Source: Antedon mediterranea (taxonomy: Eukaryota > Animalia > Echinodermata). From it: DNA of 64,000 bases. Made by a program: the position numbers and the translations under genes. Shown here in pieces: positions 1 through 12,300 of the stretch (the first letter of the stretch is position 1; every line of letters starts with the position of its first letter). Location: the NCBI RefSeq assembly GCF_964355755.1, contig NC_092671.1, positions 18,972,001-19,036,000 of the forward strand, in the 5' to 3' direction. The notes below the pieces were generated by a model. It was given only the letters and a program-made list of their open reading frames with translations. It was not told the DNA's origin and searched no databases.

Positions 1-972
1 AAAATCAGTACCGAAAGTACGAACCAACTTCATATACCATCGAGTAAACATTCTATAAATAACGCGCGATTTACCGAATTTTGCCCTTACGTAAATTTAT
101 ATATAGATAATAATTGAGTTGATTAGGGCCTATCTAAGTTTAAATTAATACAATTTGGATTAATTTAATTTTTATTTTTTTTCTGTTATTGTTATACTGT
201 AAATATATATTAATGCATTATTTGTAATTCGATTACTTGCATAAATTTTAATCTAATAGTGGATGAATCGTATTACAAAGTGTTAAACGTTAATAAACAG
301 AAGGTGGGAGCGGTATTGTTAATTGTTAATCAGAAAAGGAACAGCATTGCACAATGGTTGGTAGTTTGATACTTACCTGACTGAACGTTGAATACTGAAC
401 GTCGAACGTGTCTCACCATACCGGCGAGAGACGGCAAAAATACAAACGAATGTAATAGCATGTGAAATGGCGTGGGCTCGTTTACCTTGTGAATAAAATG
501 TATTTGATTGAAACATTAAAACGCTTTAAAAATTAAATCAAACATCTTTACTTACAGTGATTTTTAGACGAGTTTTACAATAACAAACCTGTTTACCCTT
601 ACTCAAATTATAATATTATTATATATATATAAATTACAAATTTAGTAATCATAAATAGGACTTTTACATTGTATAACATTTTTTATTATATATTATTACA
701 TATAGTGTTCTAATACTTTCACATAATGAAGGGTTCTCCTCCATGGTAAGAGCATTAGTTGGTCTCCCGAGTAAACATCTGGTTTATGAATGGGTAACAT
801 GTAGGGTGCTATCATCTTGGTCAATTTAAATTCTTCGGCAATCAATTTCAAAGGAGGCCGGACTCAAGTGAGTGCTTCTGTGTTTAACCATCCCCCTAAC
901 ATTCTAATTAAATGACATAGGATCAACTATTTCTAGATCAGATGGTTCTGGTGTTAGATCAAGATGTGGTGC

Positions 973-2942
973 CAGTGGTAGCGCCAACGGGGGGGGGGGC
1001 TACGGGGGCTGTAGCCCCCTCGTCGGGGAGCCTAGCCCCCATGTCGGGGAACGCGAGTACTTTTCTTCGGGGAATATAATATAAAGTAAAAATCATTCGC
1101 GTTCACTTCGTAGCTTCAGCGACTAGAAACCCACGAAGTTCCATTGTTGTTAAGTACGTCGGGGGGCTATTACACTTTATTATGCATGCATTATTACCAG
1201 CGATCTAATAAACAATAGGTATGCACTTGTCTGGCGGTGTCCCTTTGTACGAATCGTTTAACATTGGGCCCGGCCCATTGCGGTTTACGCGTGATATCAT
1301 GTTCCACCCAGGGACGACCAGAATGTGTACTGTAGTTACTTTCCAGGCGAAGTTTACTGACGCGTTACGTCGTGTACTACTGTGTATTGACAGTACAGCA
1401 AAAGGGTACGAATTATCTTCGCGATCTATTTTATTGTTCGTATGTTCAATTTTTTAATTTACGATTACCGTGGGGTACCTGAACCTGAAATAGACGTTTT
1501 TCACTGTAGGCTCGGCCTACATTACTAAACAAAAAACATGCCATCTTATTATAGCTAAGTTATTACATTTCCGATGTCCTGTATGTCATGAACTGCTCGT
1601 ACATCGAAATTCCAGATTAACATCTGGGAAATAAACTGATTTCCCCGACGGAAAATGGTCTACGCTTGTGGACACATTCCCCTCCAAATAAAAGGTAAAA
1701 AGGGTAACTTGTTTAGGCCTCTATGTCTGAATTTTTTTTAAGTATAGGTGTAATTTTTGAAGACCTGCATCTCTAGTTTTCAAAATTGTCTTAGCTCAAC
1801 CGTCCCCAATTATAGAGCTGGTCATGTATACTTACCGTACATTTTGTTTCATATTTCGATGTACAATATACAGTCAGTGCATTGAACCTAGAGCTCTATT
1901 TTTTCAATTTTTTTTATATCCATGGTAGGGCTGGTTCTGGAGACGTACCGGTATATATCTTGTTTTATGCTTCGAAGTAAGTTAAATTTCCGGGCACCTA
2001 GTAACTCTATTTTTCAGAATGTTCTTAGCTCCACCCCAACCATGGTGGGCTAGACCTATAATTTCGTTTCATATTTCAATGTTTTGCAGGGACCTAGCAG
2101 CTCTATTTTTGACAATTTCCTTAGCTCTGGTTCTGTAGACTTATAATTTCGTTTCATTTATCAATATGGGCCTATAGGCCTATAAGTGCAATTTCCAGGT
2201 ACCTGCAGGTCTATTTTTCACAATTTTCTTAGCAGCTCAACCCTAATGGTAGGGCTGGTCCTGGAGCCTTATATATTTTGTTTCTTTTTTCCGAAATACT
2301 ATAATCCAATATCCGGGGACCTAACAACTCTAGTTGTTTAAATGTCCTTAGCTCCATCTCAACCTCGGTGGGCTTGTTCTCTGATAGACTTGTAATTTCG
2401 TTTTATATATCAATGTATAATTGCAATTTCCGGGGACCTAGCAGCTCTATTTTTCAAAATTTTCTTACAGATCAGACCATGAATATCTTGCGCATTTACA
2501 ATTTTCGCACCCCCAGACAGCAACCTGCCTACGTCTCTGCGATTATAACGATATACCTCTTGGCCCGTGGGTAGGTTTTACGTTCGCGTATATTTTCTAT
2601 GATAGGCATATTGAACTTTAAAAACTTCATTTTTAAATTTGAAAGAATGGATTTACACAGTCATCGTACCGGACCTCTTGTTTTTCACACAGTATTTTAT
2701 TTCTGTACCATACAAAATTGAAAAAATTGGCTACCCTAAATCTGATTAAAACGGCCTCAAATTACGCTATAACGCGTTGCTTCCGGGGGCTTCCCCCCCC
2801 CCCTTCTGGACCCCCACCAGACCCCCACCAGGGGCCCTTGGCGGCCCCTGGCCCCCAGCCAAGTGATGCTCGGTTCACTCGCATAGCACCCCCCGTCGGG
2901 GAATTTAGCCCCCGCGTCGGAAAGATCCTGGCGCCACCCCTA
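973..2942. mobile_element. Non-autonomous hAT-type DNA transposon
   Basis: Imperfect 14-bp TIRs (CAGTGGTAGCGCCA / reverse complement TAGGGGTGGCGCCA). Exact 8-bp target duplication TGTGGTGC at 965-972 and 2943-2950. GC-rich subterminal segments and degenerate internal tandem subrepeats (gacctagcagctctatttttcaaaattttcttagctc-like, about 1760-2470). No transposase ORF. Confidence 0.8.
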
Positions 2943-3767
2943 TGTGGTGCTATGGTCTATTATGTTTGTCATTACTGAACCAAATGGACGCTGAGGCAAA
3001 AGAATTTCACTTCTGGTAAGCAAAACAAATATTCACCTCAATTTTCAACACAATTTTAAAAGGAATCACAAGATCTTCTGTGCAAAATCAATGAATTATT
3101 TTCTGCTTGATTTCGGCTAGTATCTTTTCCAGGGTATAGTTTATGTGTCACCGTGTGGCTGTACTTTACGGTACATAATTATGATAATCGTTGATATGTG
3201 CCTTTTAGACTCGTATAACCAGGGAAGAGTACTCGTCCCTGGTATAACCATGAAATAATATACACAACTGCGATTGCTAAATATTTTAAGAAATTGCATA
3301 AATTTAATTGGGAATAAAATGTTATGAGTATAAATGTCGACAGTTCTATTCAATGAAATAGAGCCTCCCTATTCAATTTCGCAAACAATTAAAATTAATT
3401 TGTTAACTAATATTTGTTTTAAATTAGTTTATATGATGTACAGTATTTTTTTTTTACTCAGCAAGCTCTTGTTTTGTGTGTGTGTGGTTTTTCTTATGTG
3501 TTTTTGAAGAGGAACAAAACATTTTTTTTCTAACAACCTTACCATTCGAAAATAAATGTTTATTCAATTAATCTAACGCTTCCAACTTTAATTGAATGTC
3601 GAAGACTAGGGCATTCAACATGGTTAGAACTTTACTGAACTTACTTACAAAATTATTAATGGCACGTGATATACAACATTAACCAATCAAATGTAAATGG
3701 TAAACCCGTTTCATGGGTTATAATTAATACGGAATCACTTCCGCAAAGAGAGAATCAGTTATTCAGA

Positions 3768-6336
3768 ATGGAGGAGGAAACCAAAACTGCACGATTGGGA
3801 ATTATGAACATTCTGCGAGAAGAGCAGAATGGTATTTCGTTGATTAAGATATTTTTTAAATATCCGAGAAGAAGGCAGGCGATGTCAATTGCTGTTGACA
3901 TTTTAAGAAACGACAGTTCATTTCTGGGACATTATGCTGTCATCGATATTGGCCGATTGCTGGGGAATAACCTTGGTGGAAAGGTATGAATATTATGTTT
4001 ATTTAACAACATCGACAACTCAATTTTAAAACAATCAATATAATTTAAATTTTAATCTGTACAATCACACTCAAATTGACTCCTTGTAACTAAAGCAATC
4101 ATATCATTTGAAGGTGTTTACATATGTTTTTAGTTGGAACGTCACGTCACTGCTCTTTATTCATTATTATGTAATATCCTTTATTTTTCCCTTTAACAAA
4201 AATCAGAATTACCTAATGTAAACAATTCCATTGCCATTAACAATGTTTAGTTGACTGAACATTTTCTTTTATTGTTAACGTTAACAAAAATGGTAAACTA
4301 GTGGTTCTATAAACATTTAGAACGTTGTACTCTTTAGATAATGGAACTACATTGTTTTCAGTTTGATGATGTAGACGCTTTATATAAGTAAATACAAATT
4401 CGATAATGCAACTGATTAGATACTATATAAAAGAATTCGGTATTGTCTCAGTTCTGATAACATCTGTCAGCATTGTGTTTAATATTTAGTTTTTGGATGA
4501 TTATGAATTCTAGTAGATATATTTGTATACCTTTGCATGTACTACATTATTAACTCAATCGCTAATTCTTCTGCAGTAAATATTATACTAATCAATAAAA
4601 TATATCTACACTCGGCAACTTATCAGTCACCTAAACTCTTTGCCCAATTACATGTTCTAAGAATTCATTTTCCAAAAACCAATGTAACATTTAGATTTTT
4701 GCTATTTTCAACCTTTTGAGCACCTCTTTTAGTTTGGAAATATGTTCCTCGTGATTTTGTGTGTCAACATCATCATTATGAGCATTAGGCTTATCTGTTA
4801 TGTATAAATCAATCAGGTTTTCGACCATCATACTCAACATCTACTGCACTTACAAAAGTGACGGAAGACTGGTATAGTGCAATAGAAGAGGGTAAGCTGG
4901 TCGGAATCTGTTTACTAGATTTTAAAAAGGCCTTTGATACGGTAAACCATAACATACTATTAAGCAAATTGAGACTTTATGGTTTAAGTAAATATGTTTT
5001 AAAATGGTTCGAGAGCTATCTTTCTGAGCGAAAGCAATTCACAAATGTAAATAATACATTGTCTGACTATACACACATCCAATGTGGAGTGCCTCAGGGG
5101 TCAATCGTTGGCCCACTTGCTTTCCTCTTATATATCAATGACCTATCGAAAGTTGCAAACAAATGTAAAATAAGTATGTATGCTGACGATACTATAATTT
5201 ATTGTTCTTCAAAAAATGAAAATGAAATATACCAAAGTATAAATGTCTCTAAATCCGAGTTCATGTTGATCGGATCGACAAACCGATTGGCAACCACCAA
5301 AGAAAAAAATAGATCAGTAAATATAGATAACGATGTTGTACCACGCGTTCGATATTGCAAACATCTCGGTATCATAATAGACGAACATTTATCATGGAAA
5401 AATCAGATTGAATACATTCGAGGTAAAGCTCTAAATGGATTGGGTATGCTCAGACGATGTAGCTATTATTTTCCACAAAACATATTAAAACATATTGCAA
5501 ACTATTGTAATACCTTACTTGAGCTATTGTAACATAATTTGGGGAAATAGTAGTCAAACTCTAATGAAAAGAGTTCAAACTATCCAAAACAGAACAGCTC
5601 GAATCGTGTGTGGTCTAACATGGGACACACCTAGTAGTGAGGCACTAAGACAAATTAATTGGTCACCTTTATTTTATCAAGATAGATATGAATGTTGTAT
5701 GGTTATATATAAGGTTTTGACAGATAATGCCCCACCTTACCTAATTAATGTATTTACATACAATGATATAAATTATAATCTAAGGCACAGTGATACACAT
5801 CTAGTCATCCTGAAGCCAAAAACCGATTTTTAAAAACGAAGTCTGTCTTATCGTGGAGCAATTATATGGAATAGTCTCAATGTTGATACCCTTCCAAATT
5901 CAGTTAAGTTGTTTAAAACGTATCTAAAAAATGCATTGTAAAACATAATGGTATGGTAATCTACGATGGTGTACATCCAACTTTTAAAATGGCTAAATAC
6001 CATGAAAAATGATGATGATGATAAGATGTTCTATCACTATTATTTTAAGGTAAATGAAATCAAAAAGATTTATTATGTATTACAGTAGAATCCCCATAAA
6101 TTATACACTTCGATAAGGGTTCCCGTTTACACGGGAAGTACCGGTATGGTGTACCCTAAATAGAGGTGTCAGATGAAGGGGATTCTGCTGTAATTTTGTT
6201 TCTTTTCAATTTCAATTTTTTTCGTTTCTGTCGTATTTATATGGTGTTGGTTTTTTTGTAATATCACGAACTTGTGTAAAAACAATCAATATTGATTGAA
6301 CGAGTTGTACTGTATATCAGTCTCGTGTCTAAATAA

Positions 6337-6367
<31 letters not shown>

Positions 6368-9300
6368 CCAATCCGTCCTGTCACTGGCAATACGACATAC
6401 ATTCCACTGGCTTCATATAAAATAACTTATTATATTTAAGGTAATGCTAAATACATACCAATCATCATCATGTATAATAATAACAACCATTATTACCAAT
6501 TATTATCATGAAATGGCTGTAAAATGGTATAAAAATATTCACAGTATTGATACATATATATCAACTAGGCCTTATGGAAGTGAAAAAACAACGGATAATC
6601 TTGTGTAATTATGTCTTAGAAAAAAAGTGAAGCTCTTCAATTGATTAAAACTGCTTTTGAAAAATTGGAAAACTACGGACGCATGCTATTAAACCCTGTA
6701 GCAAGACGACCACCAACATGGAAGATAATTTCATTTTCAGATGAAATATATAAAAACGAAATTGAAGTTGTTGAGGTAACGTAAGCTTGTTTTAGTAATT
6801 TTATTTTAAGACTTTGTTTAGAATATTACTTTAACGTGTTTTTCACTTTGTTGTTCTCTGTGGATATTATATAAACTTAGATAAAATATTTAAAATTAAA
6901 CACTGTTTAATACAATGTTTCAGAAATTATATTTCCTCTACTTACGCTAGCCATATTTGAAATAAACAGTAACTGGATACTAATACTGTAATGATAAAAT
7001 AGAGCATATAACATGAATGCTAATTTGAATAATAAGCATAATTGTTGAGTTTCAACTTCAACACTATGTTCCCATTTTCTAAGTTTCCAACATCTAGAAA
7101 TTATTTGAAATTAGCCAGATTGGCATGCGAATGACCGTGCGTTTAACGTTAAAGTCTCCTTTTTCATCGTACACATACAAGTTAGTACGTGATCTTATGT
7201 GAAAGAACCATGAGTAAAAATCTGGTTATGTAATGCAGGTAAAAGATTCCAAATTAAAGCCATATTTATATTACTTGACATAACCACAATGAGGAATCGT
7301 GCAATATTGTGTTATTATTTGTATTTTGACTGTTTAGGGATCAAAAGCAGTACTTTTTCAGCTTGGATATACCGTATCAAATTATGATGGGTTATCTTTC
7401 CCCCTTGATGTCAACCACCCTGACGAAGATCGTGTCCTAAATATAGTTACAGACCTTATGATAGCTCAAGTTGAAATTAAAACATACCTGGACAATAAGC
7501 ATCCTAACCCTAAAGAACTTCACACTATTATTCACGGCTACAGTTACATTACCTCAGTACATACGGATCATAGATTTGAAGATCCGGAACCAACTGCCAT
7601 AACAGTTCCAGAGAGTAATAGTAGGCCTAATATGGAACACCTAAAATTGGCTTCTGTTGTAAATGAAACTACACAGGCATCAGTGGTTATTCCTTCTGAC
7701 AACACTCAAAGCATTGGATGGGAATGTCCACATTGTACCTTCTGTAATGTGGACACAGGTTCTTCCATCTGTGGTGCGTGTTCAAAAACATCGTACAGGA
7801 CTACTCAAGCGCCTTCTCAAGGTGGTAGAAAAAGATGCGGTATGTGTAATAAGGATTATTCAATGACGCAGGTACAGTTGGTGATTTTATTTCAAATTAT
7901 TTATAAATACGTAAATATCCGGTGTTTTTGTACATACATATACCTGTGGAAGTGGCGCCTCTAATGGGTATGCCGTATAGAGCTATTTATTATTGTTTTA
8001 GTCACAACGATTATTAGGCAACATCTTATATCAAAGAGTCAAAAAGTCAAAGATGCTCTCCAGGTGGAATGTCATCCAGAGATGAGTAGTAGTAATTAGT
8101 ACAATCTTGTTTATTTTTAATTATTTATATGTAATTTTTTCTTTATATGGACCAGAGATTCCGAAATAAAAGATTGAATCAATAAATGACTGAATATCAT
8201 TATATTATTCAATAAATCAATGAGAGTAAATTCTTAATATTTAAATTGGTAAAAAGCAGAGATAATGCAAATAAATAATGAACTTAGAACTACACATAAA
8301 ACCCTAATCACCTCCATATTTATTAACTGCTCTGTCTACATTATCTAACTTTATGTGAATAAAAAATGTGATGTGCCCAAATATGGACATGATGATGTAT
8401 AGACAGCTTTACAACCAAAATTTCATCGTCACTTACAAATTGCACTTACAATTATTACAACCAAATTTACAATTTTTTTTAGATTCGACAGTCTCCATAT
8501 TGTTCCCAAGACAAGCAGTGTTGGTTTTGTGAAGAATGCCTTACTAAACACTATACAAATTGCATCAAAGACAAGAATATTGTTGATGTCTCATGTCCTT
8601 CTTGTAGTCTCCCAAAACTTAAAGACATGGAAAAAGCTGAACTTTCCGATTATTTTGCAAAAATTGACCCTATGGTAAGTTACAGTACCTTACAGTAGAA
8701 ATTGTATCTGGACAATCGGTGGCAATACTCACAATAATTTTTATCTGGCAGGAAAAACAGTGAGTTTCACTAAATGTCTATTTGCCTAGTAAACTCAAAA
8801 CGTACACACTTACCTATTTTCAGCATTTCCTCGAAACTATAGCTACACTAATGGCTTATATTCTTTTTTTTTATTTTATCACTGTACTTTTCATACTTTC
8901 CACTTTCTTTTTTAAAGTTGCAAAGTTTGCTCGAGAGAGATATTTTTGACCTTCTTCATCGAAAATTAAGAGACATATCATTAATGGATGATGAAAGATT
9001 CAGATGGTGTTCACACGTAAGCAGTTGATATTGAAATATGGTGCTCCAGCGCGCTTCACAATGGCTACACATTGCCACTATCTAAGCAAGCCTCATTAGA
9101 CGAATTGGTAGTGGTACGGTATTAGGCAGCCGAAAATCTTAATGCTTTAATTTAATTTCACTTTGTCAGTGCTATTCTGCTATATTTTATAGGTCTTGTT
9201 TCCGAAAATTGTCTTAATTCCCCCCAACAGAAATATCGTTTTGCTTTCTTCTAGTGTGGTTATGGTTTTATTAATGAGAGAATTGGATGTAAAATGCAGT

Positions 9301-12300
9301 GTTCAGAATGTAAAAAGTACACATGCTTTGAATGTAAAGAGAAGGTAAACTTAAGAACACAGACTAAACACAGGATAATCCAGTGACAAATGACATAACA
9401 TCTGTTTTTATAGTGATCATTTTATTCTGATTGTAAAGCTAATGCTATTTTGTGTTATATATTCTAAACATACTATTACGAAGTTATAGTTATATTACTA
9501 TGATAATTTGCTTTTCAAAGAAGTCAAACTTGTTTTAATGTGATTGTCATAATAATAATTATTATTTATTATTACTATAATTTTGTTTTATTATTCTTTC
9601 TAAAGTGGGAAGCACATTATGATGGACTGACATGTGAACTATTTCAGCAATGGAAACTAGACAATGACAATAGAAAAGATTGCTCTATATGTTTCACTGA
9701 TTTTCCAATGACTCAGGTATTTATTTATAACATAGCTCATTATGTGCACAATAGTTGAGAATGACACCCACCATGTTGCCTGTTAAATTCATTTATTATA
9801 ATACAAAAGCAAAACAACACACAATTAGTTTAAAATTCTTAAATACATGTGTATCGGAAATTGACAATATTGATGTGCCCGTAAACCGATTGAAAGCACC
9901 CACCGGCTTCTTACAAGTTCCTTGGCCCTAGCCTGGTTTACTTCCGTCACTCACAAAGTCACCCTCAAAATCGTCCTATATCCGCTTTTGCACACACTAC
10001 TGCACTTACAATCAAATTGACATTTTTTTCAGATTCGGCAGTCTCCATATTGTTCCAAAGACAAGCAGTGTTGGTTTTGTGAAGAATGCCTTTCTAAACA
10101 CTATACAACTTGCATCAAAGACAAGAATGTTGTTGATGTTTCATGTCCTTCTTGTCGTCTCCCACATCTTAAAGACATGGACAAAGCTGAACTTTCTGAT
10201 TATTTTGCAGAAATTGACCCTATGGTAAGTAAAGTAGAAATCGTACCTGGACGATCCAACCGGATGGTATTTTACAATTGGCCTATAACTCCCAGTAATA
10301 ATTAACTTTCCCTGAGTCTTGCTACCTTGTAAAACTCACAGTCAAACAGTGTGAATGCTGTCACTCGGTGATTTTAAGAAACTAAGTATATAGGAATTAT
10401 TAAACCATATCATTACTATTTCTTTAATGTCGGCCCCCCATGTTTGCCATTCTCCATCCCAGTTTGAGTTTCGTTATAGCATCTATTCTATTAGTAACCT
10501 CATTTCCCTAAAACACGTAACCTGTATTCAATCAAATGATTTGTTTTATTTAATTATAATTATACAATATCCTATTTCCAGCATTCCCTCTCTGCAAAAC
10601 CAACATAGATTGCCTTAAATTGACATGGTTCCTTTTCTTTTTAAAGTTAAAAAATTTGCTCGAAAAAGATGTTTTTGATCTACTCCATCGAAAATTAAGA
10701 GATAGAATATTAGAAATAGATGAAGAAAGATTCAGATGGTGTTCACATGTAAGTAAATTACAGAAAATAATGGTTTGAACCTATTAGAACATTTTGACTG
10801 GTGGTCTAGACAGATAGAATGTTTTAATTTAATGATAAGTAGGTTTCGATTTTCAGGTCATATAATATATGACCTAAAAAGTCAGTCATCTTAATTCACA
10901 ATAAAATTAAAGCGTTGCTGCTTTCTTCTAGTGTCATAATGGTTTTATTAATGAAAGAATTGGATGTAAAATGCAGTGCCCAGAATGTAAAGAGTACACA
11001 TGCTTTGAATGTAAAGAGAAGGTAAACTTAAGAACTTAGAGAATTTATATTTCTGTCTGCAATATGTATTCCTGTTTGTTTTTATATTTGTCTGTTAGCA
11101 GGCTCTACCTACTCTATCAAACTAGTAAAAAAGTGTGATGTTTCCAAATATGGCAGGGAAATGACATCATCATGTCTGTATATATCTCATATTTTTGTCA
11201 CATAAAGTTTAATAGTGTAGACAGAGCTTAAAAGAAGGATCTTTACCACATTTAAACCACAATGAGATATGGTCACGGAAGACTCTATTCCATCTTGGAG
11301 GAAATCCGGATTAGGATGAACACATTTTAAATATTCTGCTAATTTAAGCGGATCCTTACCAAACTCAAACAAATACAAATAACGCTATTACATTCGAGGC
11401 AATGTTCCGGACCAGAATCCAAATTCTGCACCACGATTTTGTTTTTAGTAATTTCAGACCATAGGGATATCTTTACCAAATTCAAACCCCTGAACGTTAT
11501 TAGCCAAAGACTCCATTATATTTTAGAGGAAATATTCCGGACCAGGATCCTAATTCTGGACCACTTTTAGGCTGTGGGATGATGGTCAACTTCAGACTCT
11601 TTGTGGCCACCAACTGAAAACAAAAATTTTCATATAACAATTATAAACACAACATACTATCCTTGCTTGGCCAACACAAAACGGGTCTTAATCATTTGTA
11701 ATTTTCGATATCAGGCGAAGGTTTTCTCTTAATCTCAAATGTAATTATAATGCTTTGTGCTATGCCTAATCGCAATGTGTTGTAAATGCAGAATTAAGAT
11801 GGAAGGCAAGGACGTTGCCGTATTAGCTAATATTTCTTTTCTTTCCATCAATCTAAAGTGGGAGGTACAACATGACGGACTGACATGTGAACAATTTAAG
11901 AAATGGAAACAAGACAATAACCCTGATGTCCAAGTTGACAGATATCTAGCGATACATGGAATAGGTAGAACTCTTTTGTTGTGTTTGCATAACAAATAAC
12001 CACATATTTTAACTTTCTGATACATAAAAGTAAACTTTCTGAACAATGATATCAGCATTTATATTGATATATTAAGAGTAAAAGTCGGCAAAAATCTGAC
12101 TTATAATAACTATTGTTATCATAATCATAAATGGTATATGTTTTTGTGTATGAATTATTGTGTTTATAATTATTACTGTTAATAATTCAACCTTTAGATT
12201 GTCCTAAATGTAACGCAAGATATGATCTTGCTAGAGGGGGCTGTTTGCACTTTACGTGTACAAATTGTAAATACGGATTCTGTAGTGGCTGCAACCAGGA

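Noticed and set aside
1221-2978. Short ORFs 1221-1457, 2368-2574 and 2718-2978
   Set aside because: They lie inside the hAT-type non-autonomous element and show no protein motifs.
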